Positions 9,031-19,354 of a stretch of DNA of 64,000 bases are shown here, in pieces. The position numbers were made by a program, and so were the translations under genes. Within the stretch, counting starts at the first letter, position 1. The number at the start of each line of letters is the position of its first letter. The notes below the pieces were generated by a model, which saw nothing but the letters and a program-made list of their open reading frames with translations, made no database searches and was not told the origin of the DNA. Source of the DNA: an uncultured Gemmatimonadales bacterium (GTDB lineage Bacteria; Gemmatimonadota; Gemmatimonadetes; Gemmatimonadales; GWC2-71-9); the NCBI GenBank assembly GCA_963795085.1, contig CAWCFX010000003.1, positions 331,696 through 395,695 of the forward strand, read 5' to 3'.

Positions 9031-11931
9031 GTGTACGCACTTAGAGCCTTTGGCGCATTGGTGCTCGATCGAGACGGCGCGCCCATCCACTCACTGGCCG
9101 CCCACCGGAATGCGCTGGCCATCCTGACCGTCCTGGCCACGGATGGACTCGTGACCCGGGACCGCCTGATGGCGCTCCTCTGGCCCGACAGCGACCTGGA
9201 CCGGGCCCGTGGATCCCTGAAACAGGCCCTCCACACACTCCGCCAGCACCTCGCCTGCCCCGACCTCGTCGTCGGACGCGCCGGCCTGGGTCTCAATGCG
9301 GCGCTGATTGAAAGCGATGTCGGACGGTTCCAGGATGCCCTCCGGGCAGGGAACCTCCTCGAGGCGGTCACCCTGTACCAGGGTCCCTTTCTCGACGGGG
9401 TGCACCTGAATGGCGCGCCCGAACTGGAGCAGTGGGTGGAAGCCCGCCGGGCCACGCTCGCCCAGAGATATCGAGAGGGGCTGGAACGGCTGGCCCAGGC
9501 GGCAGAGGCCCGGAACGAACCCGGGGAGGCCATTCGATGGTGGACCCGCCTCGCCGGGGATGATCCGCTGGACGGCAAGGCGGCACTGCACCTGATGCAG
9601 GCACTGGAAGAGGGCGGTCGGCGAGCGGCCGCCCTCCAGCACTTCAAGGCCCACGAGCAGGTATTACAACGGGAACTGGGGCTGGCGCCGGATCCTGCGG
9701 CCATTGCCCTGGCCAACCGCTTGCTGCACCACTCGGTCCCCGCGGTGGCCTGGAACCCCGCGCCGGCGCCCGCGGCACCCCGGGATGTCACGCCGGCTTC
9801 GCCAGCCTCCCGCGCCGCATCCCCTCCCGTCCTCCTTCGCTGGATCGGGCCGATCGCCCTGGGCGCGATCGTCGTGGCTGGATTGGCCATTGCGGCGTCC
9901 CGCCGCCCGGACCCTGATATTCCGTCCGACCCCAACCTCGTCGCCATCGCACCCTTCGACGTCCTTGATCCATCGCTCGACCTCTGGGGGGAGGGACTGA
10001 TGGACGTGCTCACCGAGGATCTGGACGGTGCCGGCCCGCTCCGCACCGTGGACCAGGCCGTCGCGCTGCGACACTGGACCGGGCGTGCCAACCGCGGCTC
10101 CGCCGAGCGCCTCGGCGGCCTCACCGGGGCCGGGCTAATCGTGTATGGCAAGGTGGCGCGACGCGGGGAAGACTCGGTCAGTATCCGAGCCACCCTGCTG
10201 AACCGCAGCCCCGCCGAGGGAGGGGCCGACCTGGTCGAGGTCGCCGGGCCGGAGGGGCGCATGGGTGAACTGGTGGACTCGCTGGGGGTCAATATTTTGC
10301 GCGCCCTCGGCCGCGGACGCGCGATCGGGTCTCAGCGCCGCGTTTCAATCGGGTCCCGGTCGCTCTCAGCCCTCAAGGAGTTCCTGCAGGGCGAACAGTT
10401 CTACCGCCAGGGACATTTTGATTCCGCCCTGGCGCGATACGACCAGGCGATCGCGGAAGACAGCACTTTCGCCCTGGCGCTGCGACGGATGGCCTGGGCG
10501 GTTGCCCTGGGGGCAGTGACGTCCTGGAAGTATGCCAGCCAGGACCAGTATCTCCAGCAGGCCGTAAGGCACAATCATGGGCTCTCGCCCCGGGACAGTG
10601 TGTTGCTCCGGGTGGATTCCCTGCTGGTCCTCGGCACCCGGAGCAACCAGGCCGGTGAGATTGTCGCCAGCCTGATGACCGGGGTCCGGAACCTGGAGGA
10701 ACTGGCCCGCCGGTACCCCGACGATCCGGCCATCTGGTACGAGCTCGGTGAACATCGCTATCACGGGATCCCGCCGCTGGGCACTCCGGCGCTGGCGCTG
10801 GACGCCTTCGAGCGCGCCATTGCGCTGGATTCCGGTTTTGCACCGGCATACCAGCATACGGTCAAGCTGGCCATTCAGATGGGACGGCTGGACCGGGCGC
10901 GACACTACGCCCGCGCCTACGCGGTGCTTCATCCCGGCAACGCGCACGCCCCCGGGCTGGGCCTCGCCCTGATGGTGCTGGATTCGGGGGGGGTCCATCA
11001 CCCCCGGGTCTGGCGGGAGATCCAGCAGGCGCCAGGGAGCGCCCTGATGTGGGCCGGCCATGATCACTTCCGCTGGATGGTGGACACCGCGGAGACGGCC
11101 GTCGTCCTCCTGCGCGAGCTGATCGCCGGCCAGCATGACCTCAGCGGTTCAGGCGCCCTTTCCGCCGATTCTATTCTGCCGCTGCACCTGGCGGTGGCCC
11201 TGGTGTTCCGGGGGCACCTGCGCGAGGCCGCCGAGGTCAGCCAGCCGCTGCTCAATGAGGAAGGGATCGGATTCTATCGCTTCTCGATCGACCGGTTCCT
11301 CGACCTGGCCCTGTGGGATATTCTGCCAGACTCGGTGGTCCGCCGCACCTATCAGCTGGGGTTGCTGGCCGGTACCGACTGGAACGGCGGCACCACGTTC
11401 TCGAATCCCCGGTTTCTCCGGGCCCTCCCCTACTGGTTTGCCCGCGGGGATACCCTCTCCGTTATCCGGTTCCAGCGGCGGGCCGCCGAGGTGGCCCGCG
11501 CCGGGGCACCCGGTGTCGCCGAGTTGCGGGGGCGCTACTTCGAGATCGCCGCGCGCGGCTACCTCGCCCTCATGCGCGGCGATTCGGCGGAAGCCCAGCG
11601 AGTGATGGAAGGCATCCCTGATACGCTCTGTCTCATCGGCACCTGCTTCAGCGAACAGTTGCTGCTCGCCCAGCTGCTGGTCGCGCGCAATGCGGACCGC
11701 CAGGCGGCGGCGATCCTCGATCGATGGGCGTTGGCGGGCGACAACACGACCTTCGCGGTGATCGCCGCGCTGGAGCGGGGGAAAATCGCCGAGCGGCTCG
11801 GCGACCGGGCCCTGGCGGTCGAGCGATACCAGTTCGTCCTGGACGCGTGGCGGCGGGCCGACCCCGAGTTGCAGCCGTTCGTTCGGGTGGCGAGGGCCGG
11901 GCTCAGTCGGGTAGCGAGGGCCGACCAGTGA
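9031..11931 (+). CDS. BTAD/SARP-type winged-helix transcriptional regulator with a TM segment, extracytoplasmic module and TPR region
   Basis: ORF track 966 aa with a GTG start. N-terminus RDRLMALLWPDSDLDRARGSLKQALHTLRQHL (OmpR/SARP wHTH). BTAD-like LYQGPFLDGVHLNGAPELEQWVEARR. TM IGPIALGAIVVAGLAIAA. TPR-like C-terminal half. Confidence 0.8.
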   Translation: MYALRAFGALVLDRDGAPIHSLAAHRNALAILTVLATDGLVTRDRLMALLWPDSDLDRARGSLKQALHTLRQHLACPDLVVGRAGLGLNAALIESDVGRFQDALRAGNLLEAVTLYQGPFLDGVHLNGAPELEQWVEARRATLAQRYREGLERLAQAAEARNEPGEAIRWWTRLAGDDPLDGKAALHLMQALEEGGRRAAALQHFKAHEQVLQRELGLAPDPAAIALANRLLHHSVPAVAWNPAPAPAAPRDVTPASPASRAASPPVLLRWIGPIALGAIVVAGLAIAASRRPDPDIPSDPNLVAIAPFDVLDPSLDLWGEGLMDVLTEDLDGAGPLRTVDQAVALRHWTGRANRGSAERLGGLTGAGLIVYGKVARRGEDSVSIRATLLNRSPAEGGADLVEVAGPEGRMGELVDSLGVNILRALGRGRAIGSQRRVSIGSRSLSALKEFLQGEQFYRQGHFDSALARYDQAIAEDSTFALALRRMAWAVALGAVTSWKYASQDQYLQQAVRHNHGLSPRDSVLLRVDSLLVLGTRSNQAGEIVASLMTGVRNLEELARRYPDDPAIWYELGEHRYHGIPPLGTPALALDAFERAIALDSGFAPAYQHTVKLAIQMGRLDRARHYARAYAVLHPGNAHAPGLGLALMVLDSGGVHHPRVWREIQQAPGSALMWAGHDHFRWMVDTAETAVVLLRELIAGQHDLSGSGALSADSILPLHLAVALVFRGHLREAAEVSQPLLNEEGIGFYRFSIDRFLDLALWDILPDSVVRRTYQLGLLAGTDWNGGTTFSNPRFLRALPYWFARGDTLSVIRFQRRAAEVARAGAPGVAELRGRYFEIAARGYLALMRGDSAEAQRVMEGIPDTLCLIGTCFSEQLLLAQLLVARNADRQAAAILDRWALAGDNTTFAVIAALERGKIAERLGDRALAVERYQFVLDAWRRADPELQPFVRVARAGLSRVARADQ

Positions 11932-12043
11932 GCGAAGAAGTCACGAGGACGGGTGAGGAATTGATCAATGTGGGCAGACATTCTGCCGCCCGGTCCTACC
12001 GGCCGGGTTAGTTTCCGGATGTCCGGCCTTCGAAAGGATACTC

Positions 12044-12979
12044 ATGCTGTACCGTACCCTCGGCCGCACCGGCGAAACCGTCTCCGCCATCGGCGTCGGG
12101 GGCCATCACCTCGGCCTCCCCGGCGTCAGCACCTCGCTCAGCCTCCGCATCGTGCGCGCCGCGATTGACCGCGGCGTCACGTTCATGGACAACTCCTGGG
12201 ACTACCACGAGGGCGAGAGCGAGCGGCGGATGGGCAAGGCGCTGAAGGACGGGTACCGGGCCAAGGTCTTCCTCATGTCCAAGATCGACGGCCGGACCCG
12301 GAAGACGGCCACGGCGCAGCTGGAGGACTCGCTCCGCCGGCTCGACGTGGATTGCATCGACCTGGTCCAGCATCACGAGATCATCCGGTTCGAGGATCCT
12401 CACCGGATCTGCGCCGAGGAAGGCGCCCAGGCCGCATTGGTGGATGCCCGGAAGGCGGGGAAGCTTCGCTTTATCGGGTTCACGGGGCACAAGGACCCGG
12501 AGGTCCATCTTCACATGCTGCGGATCGCGGAGGCCCGTGGCATCCGGTTCGACACGGTCCAGATGCCGCTCAACCTGATGGACGCGCACTACCGGAGCTT
12601 CGAACGGCTGGTGCTGCCCGAGCTGGTACGGCAGGAGATCGGCGTGCTGGGGATGAAAAGCCTCGGGAACGGGATGCTGCTCAAGTCCGCTACCGTGACC
12701 GCGGTCGAGTGCCTGCGCTACGCGTTGAGCCTGCCGGTCTCGGTCGTCATCACCGGCATGGACAGCCTGGACCGGGTGGAACAGGCCTGCGGGCTGGCGG
12801 ACACCTTCGCTCCCCTTACCCCGGCGGAGCGGGACGCGCTGCTGGCCCGCACCCGCGAGGCGGCGGCCCGGGGAGAGTTCGAGGCCTTCAAGACCAGCTC
12901 GCTCTTCGACAGCACCGCCGCGCACCCGGAGTGGATGGGGGACGAGCCGGACGAGGTGGTGAAGCTCGCGAGAGGCTGA
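12044..12979 (+). CDS. aldo/keto reductase
   Basis: ORF track 311 aa. MLYRTLGRTGETVSAIGVGGHHLG...FMDNSWDYHEGESERRMGKAL...FIGFTGHK are typical AKR motifs. Confidence 0.9.
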   Translation: MLYRTLGRTGETVSAIGVGGHHLGLPGVSTSLSLRIVRAAIDRGVTFMDNSWDYHEGESERRMGKALKDGYRAKVFLMSKIDGRTRKTATAQLEDSLRRLDVDCIDLVQHHEIIRFEDPHRICAEEGAQAALVDARKAGKLRFIGFTGHKDPEVHLHMLRIAEARGIRFDTVQMPLNLMDAHYRSFERLVLPELVRQEIGVLGMKSLGNGMLLKSATVTAVECLRYALSLPVSVVITGMDSLDRVEQACGLADTFAPLTPAERDALLARTREAAARGEFEAFKTSSLFDSTAAHPEWMGDEPDEVVKLARG

Positions 12980-13029
12980 AACGCAACGTGGGGCTGCCGC
13001 CCCATCCTACCGCCCCGTCTTACCACCTG

Positions 13030-13974
13030 TTAGTCGCTGACCCACTCTTCCACCGCCGGCAGGTCCATCCGCCACACGCTGCTGTCCGGACTCCAGCGCA
13101 GAATCCAGGAGATGCCCCAGGGCCCGACGTAGTGGGAGGCTCGGCGGTAGGCCGGGTGGGCCAGCGCCTCCTCCAGCGAGATGAAACGGTAGCCCCGGCC
13201 CTGCGCCAGGCGAATCACCTCCCGGATGTAGTCCCGGTTGAGCTCGTTGGCGTGGAGCAGCAGCACCTGGGGAAACTCCGTGCCCACGACGCGCACCGAC
13301 ATGGACTCGGCGAACGCAAAGGCCTGTTCCATGTGTTCCAGGTAGGCCGGCACCAGCCGCCGCATCATGGCGCTGTCCCCGCGCGTAATGGCCCGGGAAT
13401 AGGCCGCCGCATACACCCACTCGTTGTTGTCGATGGTGACGGGGGCGACCGTGTACCCGCGCTCGACCAGCCAGCGGGCGAGGCCGCCGGCGGTGGCGCT
13501 GTCGCCCCCCGCGTGGAGGAAGGGATGGCGGAAGAACCGCACCCGGCCCTTCCCGCCGCGGGCGCGGGCGATCTGGCTGTCGGCACGGGCCAGGTCGGCG
13601 GTGTAGGTCGCGAGCGGCACCCGGCTCAGGTCGAGATGGCCGTGGCCATGATTGCCGATCACCGCGCCGGACTGCTCCCAGAGGGCGATGACCTCGCCGA
13701 GCACGGTATCCCGCAGCCGGGCGCACACGTTGCCAGTGGTCACCAGGGCCGCGCTGGGGGCGCCCTCCTCCAGCAGCGCGACCGTGAGACTTTCGTTAAT
13801 GGCGCGGAGCTGTCCCCGGTCGCAGCCGGCTCCGGGCTGCACCTGGCCCGCGGGAATGTCGTCGAACGTCAGCGCGACGACGCGCTGGGTCTGCGGGGGC
13901 GCGGCTTGATCGGCTGGCGGGCAGGCGGCACCGATAAGGAGGAGGGCGGCCGCGCAGGCGGCGAGCATTTGCAT
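13030..13974 (-). CDS. polysaccharide deacetylase (NodB-homology) family lipoprotein
   Basis: Internal ATG at 13974 (MQMLAACAAALLLIGAAC lipobox). VVALTFDDIP and NHGHGHLDLS motifs. Confidence 0.8.
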   Translation of the reverse strand: MQMLAACAAALLLIGAACPPADQAAPPQTQRVVALTFDDIPAGQVQPGAGCDRGQLRAINESLTVALLEEGAPSAALVTTGNVCARLRDTVLGEVIALWEQSGAVIGNHGHGHLDLSRVPLATYTADLARADSQIARARGGKGRVRFFRHPFLHAGGDSATAGGLARWLVERGYTVAPVTIDNNEWVYAAAYSRAITRGDSAMMRRLVPAYLEHMEQAFAFAESMSVRVVGTEFPQVLLLHANELNRDYIREVIRLAQGRGYRFISLEEALAHPAYRRASHYVGPWGISWILRWSPDSSVWRMDLPAVEEWVSD

Positions 13975-14036
13975 TGATGGAAGGTAATTCAGCGTGCCGG
14001 CCACGACCCGACAGGCGTGGTCCGGCCCGTCATGCA

Positions 14037-15161
14037 CTACCGCCCGTACGACTCCAGCCACTCCAGCCCGTCGGCGTCGGTCTGCACCAGGTACACCCGA
14101 TCCCCGGTCAGGCCCACCAGGCGCCGTCCCGCGGGCAGCGTGATCGTGTTACGGCGGCGCCCTGCGGAATCGAACACATCGATCCGGACCGCGGGATCCC
14201 GCACGGACACCGTCCGTACCACCCACACGTCTCCGCCGGGCAGGAGCCAGACCGGATGCTCCCCGCCGAACGGCGGCAACGTCCGGGGAAACAACTCATC
14301 GGGATAGGCCTGTTCGGTCGCCCGGCGCTGGGCTGGCGTGGGCTTGTCGCGGCCCGGCTGACCCTGCACCGCCGCCCGGCCCGCCGGTTGCATCGCGCGC
14401 TGGCGACGGAAGTGCTCCCGTTCGGCGGCTCCGAGAGACTGTGGCACATCGCCCACCGATGGACCAGCCCGCACCACGGCACCATGGTGCAGCCATTCCA
14501 CGCGATAATCGCTTCCCCGGACGACGGCCAGCCGCCCATCCGGCGATACGGCCCAGGCATCCCGTACGGGATAGGGGTGGAATCGCTGGCCATGCTGCGC
14601 CTTGGCGTGATCGTCCAGCGCGGCAACCTCCACCGGGTCAGAGCCTGGCCGCCAGCGAATCACCACATACTTCTGGTTCCGCTGGAAGCTGCCGTCCGGC
14701 ATCCGGTCGATGATGACCGACTCCCAGTAGAGGTTCCCCAGCGAATCGGACCCGCCGGGAGGTGCATACCCGCGGTTCGGCATCAGTGAGGGAAATGGGA
14801 TGCTGCCGGCCAGGGCGCCGCTGGGACTGATGCGAAGGAAGCGCCGGGTGTCAACGTCGTAAACGAAGAGGGTGTCGCCGGTCATGCGGGTCACCGCGAA
14901 CGGCCGGCGATACTCGTTCGGCCCGCTGCCGGTCCGACCCAGTCGGGAAACCGCGCCGGTTCGTTTGTCAACCAGCGAGAGGGTCCCTTCCCGGGAATCC
15001 ACCACCACCAGCCGACCGTCCCGCAGCGTGTCCAGCGAGGCAACCGAGGAAAACGGCTCGGCGGCCCTCCAGTGCAGACGTCCCACGGCGGGGGCTTGCG
15101 CCGGGACCGTCCGTGGACTACCAAACGCAAGGAGGAATAGCGCGAGGAAGACCCGGGACAT
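14037..15161 (-). CDS. secreted beta-propeller-like hypothetical protein
   Basis: ORF track 374 aa. Signal peptide MSRVFLALFLLAFGSPRTVPAQA. Repeated strand-like units (LVVVDSREGTLSLVD, LFVYDVDTRRFLRISPSG, VYLVQTDADG). High GC3. Confidence 0.6.
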   Translation of the reverse strand: MSRVFLALFLLAFGSPRTVPAQAPAVGRLHWRAAEPFSSVASLDTLRDGRLVVVDSREGTLSLVDKRTGAVSRLGRTGSGPNEYRRPFAVTRMTGDTLFVYDVDTRRFLRISPSGALAGSIPFPSLMPNRGYAPPGGSDSLGNLYWESVIIDRMPDGSFQRNQKYVVIRWRPGSDPVEVAALDDHAKAQHGQRFHPYPVRDAWAVSPDGRLAVVRGSDYRVEWLHHGAVVRAGPSVGDVPQSLGAAEREHFRRQRAMQPAGRAAVQGQPGRDKPTPAQRRATEQAYPDELFPRTLPPFGGEHPVWLLPGGDVWVVRTVSVRDPAVRIDVFDSAGRRRNTITLPAGRRLVGLTGDRVYLVQTDADGLEWLESYGR

Positions 15162-15264
15162 GGCGTAGGATCCAGAGTGAGGTCCCGGCTCTACGGGAAG
15201 GCGATCGGGAGGGATTCAGGCAGAAGCGTCCCTCGGTCATGCAATCGGCCCGGCGGTTTCCGCT

Positions 15265-16707
15265 TCAGCGCTGCACGCCCCACCGGGACCCCTCGATGAG
15301 CGTCGCCCCCATCCCGTCTTCGATCACCAGGTCGACCTGGCCATCCCCTTCCCGAAAGCGCGCCGTCGCGTTCGGGCCCACGACGAAATACGCGCGCCCC
15401 GCCTCGGAATAGGCCGGCGACCGGAAGTGCCCCCGCCAGTGCACCACCAGGGTCGGCCCACGCATCGACACTTCGACGGAGTCCCCGGTAGTGGTGCGGT
15501 AGACGCCGACGTGACGCGCGTTCTGGGTCGAGTCGGGCGCGAGGAGATGGCGGGGGCGTGGAGTGGCGACCGTGTCGCCCCGCATGATGGCCGCCAGGTC
15601 CTCCACCGCACCGCTTCCCCGCTCCAGGTTCGTCAGCAGGATGATCGTTCGGCGGCTCCCCGGGATCCGCATGATATAGCAGGAGAACCCGGGGAGGCCG
15701 CCGCTGTGCTCGTGCGTCACCCCGTCGGGTCCCCTCGCCACGAACCACCCGTAGCCGTAGCTCCCGAGGCCGGGCGTAAAGATCGAGTCGCGCATCGGCT
15801 GTTTCACCAGGCGCTCGGTGTAGAGGGCCTGGTCCCACCGGTACAGGTCGCGGGCCGTGGTCACCAGTCCGGCGTCGCCCTGCGGCGGACCCATGAGCTG
15901 GTAGAAGGCATTCAGGTAGTCCCCGCGGGACAGCCCGTTGAACCACGCGACGGGATACGCCCCGGGCCGGAGCCGGTAGCCCTGGGCCCGGTCGGGAAGC
16001 AGTTCGGCCGAATGGTCCTGGCTGCTGCGAGTCATGCCGAGCGGCTCGAGGATCCGGGTGCGGAGGAAGTCCTCGTAGGACATCCCGCTGGCCCGCTCGA
16101 TGATGTAACCCAGCAGGATGTAGGCGCTGTTGCTGTAGGAGAACCGGGTGCCCGGTGCGAAGTCGAGCGGCCGCTTCCGCGCGTCGCGCGCGATCCGGGC
16201 CGCCGCTCCCTCCTGGGCCATGTAGTCCGAATAGGCCTGGGTGTCGTAGCCGCCGAACCACTCCTCGTAGTCCGAGATGCCCGAGGTGTGGCGGAGCAGG
16301 TGATGGATCGTGATCCCGCTCCAGTCGGGAGGCAGGCTGTCGAAGTACTTGCTGATGGAGTCACTGATGCGAAGCCGCCCCGACTCGGCCAGCATCGCGA
16401 TGGCCATGGCGGTGAACTGCTTGGATACCGAGGCAACGCGAAAGCGGGTGTCCGGCGTGTTGCGCACCCCCAGCTCCATGTTGGCCAGGCCGAACGCCGT
16501 ATCCACCAGGACCGTCCCGTCTTCGGCCACCAGGACAGTGCCCTGCACGTGGCCCAGCGCGGACGCCGCGACGAGGTATTCCCGCATCTGGCCGACTCGA
16601 GGATCCGGGCGGGCCGACTGCCCCCCGGCAGCGCCGGGCGAGGTGGCGAGGATCAGGGTGATGGCAACGCCGAGTCTGACGAGCGGTGTCAAGGTCTTCG
16701 GGACCAT
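15265..16707 (-). CDS. secreted serine hydrolase, beta-lactamase family, with a C-terminal extension
   Basis: Internal ATG at 16707 (MVPKTLTPLVRLGVAITLILATSPGAAGG). S-x-x-K in [22 protein letters not shown], then YSNSAY. Confidence 0.85.
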   Translation of the reverse strand: MVPKTLTPLVRLGVAITLILATSPGAAGGQSARPDPRVGQMREYLVAASALGHVQGTVLVAEDGTVLVDTAFGLANMELGVRNTPDTRFRVASVSKQFTAMAIAMLAESGRLRISDSISKYFDSLPPDWSGITIHHLLRHTSGISDYEEWFGGYDTQAYSDYMAQEGAAARIARDARKRPLDFAPGTRFSYSNSAYILLGYIIERASGMSYEDFLRTRILEPLGMTRSSQDHSAELLPDRAQGYRLRPGAYPVAWFNGLSRGDYLNAFYQLMGPPQGDAGLVTTARDLYRWDQALYTERLVKQPMRDSIFTPGLGSYGYGWFVARGPDGVTHEHSGGLPGFSCYIMRIPGSRRTIILLTNLERGSGAVEDLAAIMRGDTVATPRPRHLLAPDSTQNARHVGVYRTTTGDSVEVSMRGPTLVVHWRGHFRSPAYSEAGRAYFVVGPNATARFREGDGQVDLVIEDGMGATLIEGSRWGVQR

Positions 16708-17085
16708 GGGGGTACGATCCTGATCGTGGGGAGAAGGGAACGCGTTTTGGAATATCACCGGACGCCAGCACCTGACGGTTAGTTGCGCGAATACATGGAG
16801 CGAGCGAACCCAGCGAGCCTGCCGCATCGACCTCCACTCGGCCTTCCGCCCGTCGCCGCCTGCCTGATTGGCCACGATTTCTCTCACGAGATGAGCCATC
16901 GGGAGGTCCGGCCCAACCGTCGCGGTTCCTCGAAGGACAAACTATCACCGCAACCTAACCGACTGCCAGTTATCGTATTACAGAGTGCTCGTCGCAGGAT
17001 GAAACCTCCTGAAATAGTCCTCCGTATTGGGTGGCGTCTCACCTCTCCAGAGTCACCGACCCTCTCGCCAGTCAAGGAGCAGACA

Positions 17086-17766
17086 ATGCCCCTGGTGTAC
17101 GTGGTCCACATCCTCGCGGGTAGCCTGGGGCTCCTGTTCGGCTACGTGGCCCTCTTCTCGGCGAAAGGCGGATCCCGCCACCGGCAGGCCGGGATGCTCT
17201 TTGTCTACGTGATGCTCACCATGGGGATCGCCGGGATGCTGCTCGCAATCGTGCGGAACAAGGCGCCGACGCTCAATCTTCCCGCCGCGCTGCTGACGAT
17301 CTACCTGGTGGTCACGGGACTGTGGACGGTCCGGCCGCCCGTCCGGAGGGGGCGTGGGCTGGCGATGGGTGCCATGGTGATCGGGCTGGCCGTCGGCCTG
17401 GTCAGCCTCGCCTTCGGCCTTGACGCCGTCACCGGAGGGAACCGGGACGGCATGGCCGCGCCCCCCTTCTTCCTGTTCGGCACCATCGGCCTCATCGCGG
17501 GCATCTCAGACATCCGGGTGGTTCGCCACGGTGCGCTTCGGGGCCCGGCGCGGCTGGCCCGGCACTTGTGGCGGCTCTGCTTCGCCCTCTTCATTGCGGC
17601 GATGTCTTTCTTCCTGGGCCAGGCCCAGGTGATCCCCGAACCCATCCGGATCATGCCGGTGCTGATGCTCCCGGTGCTGGCCGTGCTGGTGACCATGCTC
17701 TACTGGCTGTGGCGCATCCGGGTGCGCCGGAGCCTTCGGGGCGTCGTAACCGCCACGGCCTCGTAG
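17086..17766 (+). CDS. multi-pass membrane protein (family not assigned)
   Basis: ATG at 17086 is preceded by AAGGAG at 17074-17079. About 6 hydrophobic helices (VVHILAGSLGLLFGYVALF, MLFVYVMLTMGIAGMLLAIV, ...). Confidence 0.65.
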   Translation: MPLVYVVHILAGSLGLLFGYVALFSAKGGSRHRQAGMLFVYVMLTMGIAGMLLAIVRNKAPTLNLPAALLTIYLVVTGLWTVRPPVRRGRGLAMGAMVIGLAVGLVSLAFGLDAVTGGNRDGMAAPPFFLFGTIGLIAGISDIRVVRHGALRGPARLARHLWRLCFALFIAAMSFFLGQAQVIPEPIRIMPVLMLPVLAVLVTMLYWLWRIRVRRSLRGVVTATAS

Positions 17767-17853
17767 CCATTTTCCCGGACAGGATCTCTTGAAACGCGCC
17801 CCGCTGGTCGGTGAAGCCCGACGGATTTCACGCGTCTCGGGAGAACCAGGTGC

Positions 17854-18174
17854 CTAGAACGTCACCGCGACCACCGAATCGGCGGACAACTCCACGGTCT
17901 TCCACATCTCATAAATGCCCATCGCGTCACCTCGCTCTACGATGTCGACAGAAGTCCGGGCGGGAGACCGGATGACGAATCTCTGGCTGAGAAACGCCGG
18001 GATGGTTCCCAGGCTGTGTTCGGTGGTGTCGCGGTAGAAGAAGTCCATCGGGTGACTCATGGTATTCGTAATCTGGACCGTGTAGTCCACCCGGGAAGGA
18101 TGCCCGGGGGCAGGGACGCCGGCCACTACCGGCGTAATCAGGAGGCCGACAGCTAGAACGGCGATCTTCCGCAT
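17854..18174 (-). CDS. small secreted hypothetical protein
   Basis: Internal ATG at 18174 gives MRKIAVLAVGLLITPVVAGVPAPG as a signal peptide. 106 aa, no recognisable motif. Confidence 0.5.
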   Translation of the reverse strand: MRKIAVLAVGLLITPVVAGVPAPGHPSRVDYTVQITNTMSHPMDFFYRDTTEHSLGTIPAFLSQRFVIRSPARTSVDIVERGDAMGIYEMWKTVELSADSVVAVTF

Positions 18175-18465
18175 GGTATTGCTCCTTGAGAGGGACGCGA
18201 TTCCAGGAGCAAACTGGGAGGAGAGGCGGGATGGCGCTACCGGATTGCCGCCAAGCGCCGGGAACCTGCAGCCAATGGCGCAATGGTGCAGAGAGCGGGA
18301 GAGAGGACGGACCGGGCGCCACTTCCCCCGGCCTTCCGCCAGGGTCAGTTGTTCGGCGCCCCCTTCGTTGATGCAGGAAACGGTAAACACTCGCCTACCG
18401 CCCTTTTCCTTCTGCCCTTTTCCTACCGCCCTCCTGCTACCGTCCTGTTCTTGCCGAAAGAAAGA

Positions 18466-18900
18466 TCAGCTCGAGTGATCGTGCACCGTCAGCCAGCGGC
18501 CGTTCTTCTTTTCCCAGATGGTGGAGAACCGGCCGCTTCCCTCCGGCTTGTTACCCCCCGTCAGGACAAACCTCCCGGTCGCGATGGCGGCGTCGCCCCG
18601 GCCGAGGAGGCGGACCTCGACGTCCTCGAAGCGGAGCTGCTGCATCGGCTTTCCGTCGCGCCAGAAGCCGCGCTCGAGCAGCCCTCGAATGGCCGTGCGC
18701 CCGCGGATGAGTCCCTGGCTCCCCATCATGGTGGCGGAATCGGCGTAGGGAGCGACGTGGCGGTCGATGTCGGCATCATTCCAGGCCTTCTCGATGGCGG
18801 AGAGCTCCGCCCGGATGGCAGCGATGTCGCGGTTCTGCGCCGGGGCGGCACTGGGCAGCAGGACGAGGCCGATGGCAGCGATCAGGTAGGGCGCGCGCAT
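18466..18900 (-). CDS. SnoaL-like/DUF4440 (NTF2-fold) protein with a signal peptide
   Basis: ORF track 144 aa. The segments DIAAIRAELSAIEKAWNDADIDRHVAPYADSATMM and RFSTIWEKKNGRWLTVHDHSS are typical of DUF4440/SnoaL-like proteins. Confidence 0.7.
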   Translation of the reverse strand: MRAPYLIAAIGLVLLPSAAPAQNRDIAAIRAELSAIEKAWNDADIDRHVAPYADSATMMGSQGLIRGRTAIRGLLERGFWRDGKPMQQLRFEDVEVRLLGRGDAAIATGRFVLTGGNKPEGSGRFSTIWEKKNGRWLTVHDHSS

Positions 18901-19107
18901 GAGGAGTCCGAGTAAGGGAAGAGGAAACTGCCGGCAGGTTTTCCTACGGACCGGCCCGGGGAATGGGTTTCAGCACCGGAGGTGCAGCCTCACCTTCAAC
19001 TCGCACGGCCCGGCCCCTCGCCGCGTTACCTCACCCCGGTCCCCTCTTCACTTCGTGGAGAGGGGTGCCTACCGCCTTTTTTCCGTACCGCCCACCTACC
19101 GCCCCGC

Positions 19108-19352
19108 GCCCTCTGCGTAATCCGCGGTGGAGGGGTTGCTGTTGCGGGTGAGGGGGCATCGAGATCGCCCCCCCGCACGCTTCGATGCGCTTCACCGCAG
19201 AGGACGCCGATTGAACTGAGAAATTCGCAGAAACAGCCTTTTTGGGGGGGGGGTCCTGCGAACTCCGCGCGACCTCTGCGCAATGTGCGGTGACGTGGTT
19301 GCTGTTGGGGGGGGGCGGGCGTTGACTTTGTCCTACCGCTCGCTTCGATACG
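19108..19352. repeat. dispersed intergenic repeat, family A (long imperfect palindromes), ~1.5 units
   Basis: CTCTGCGTAATCCGCGGTGGAGGGGTTGCTGTTGCGGGTGAGGGGGCATCGAGATCGC..CGCACGCTTCGATGCGCTTCACCGCAGAGGACGCCGATTGAACTGAGAAATTCGCAGAAACAGCC...TGCGAACTCCGCGCGACCTCTGCGCAATGTGCGGTGA... The arms ACCGCAGAGGACGC and GCGACCTCTGCG..GCGGTG are inverted. Confidence 0.8.
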
Positions 19353-19354
19353 CT

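Noticed and set aside
8997-10292. 431-aa minus-strand ORF (and 9091..9654) opposite the BTAD regulator
   Set aside because: Ser/Arg/Pro/Ala-rich composition typical of an antisense frame in GC-rich coding DNA. The plus frame has recognisable wHTH/BTAD motifs.
12008-13977. 305-aa (12008..12925, minus) and 541-aa (12352..13977, plus) ORFs overlapping the aldo/keto reductase and deacetylase genes
   Set aside because: They have no motifs and skewed Arg/Gly/Pro composition. They overlap two genes with strong family signatures, and the 541-aa ORF would have to span a convergent gene junction.
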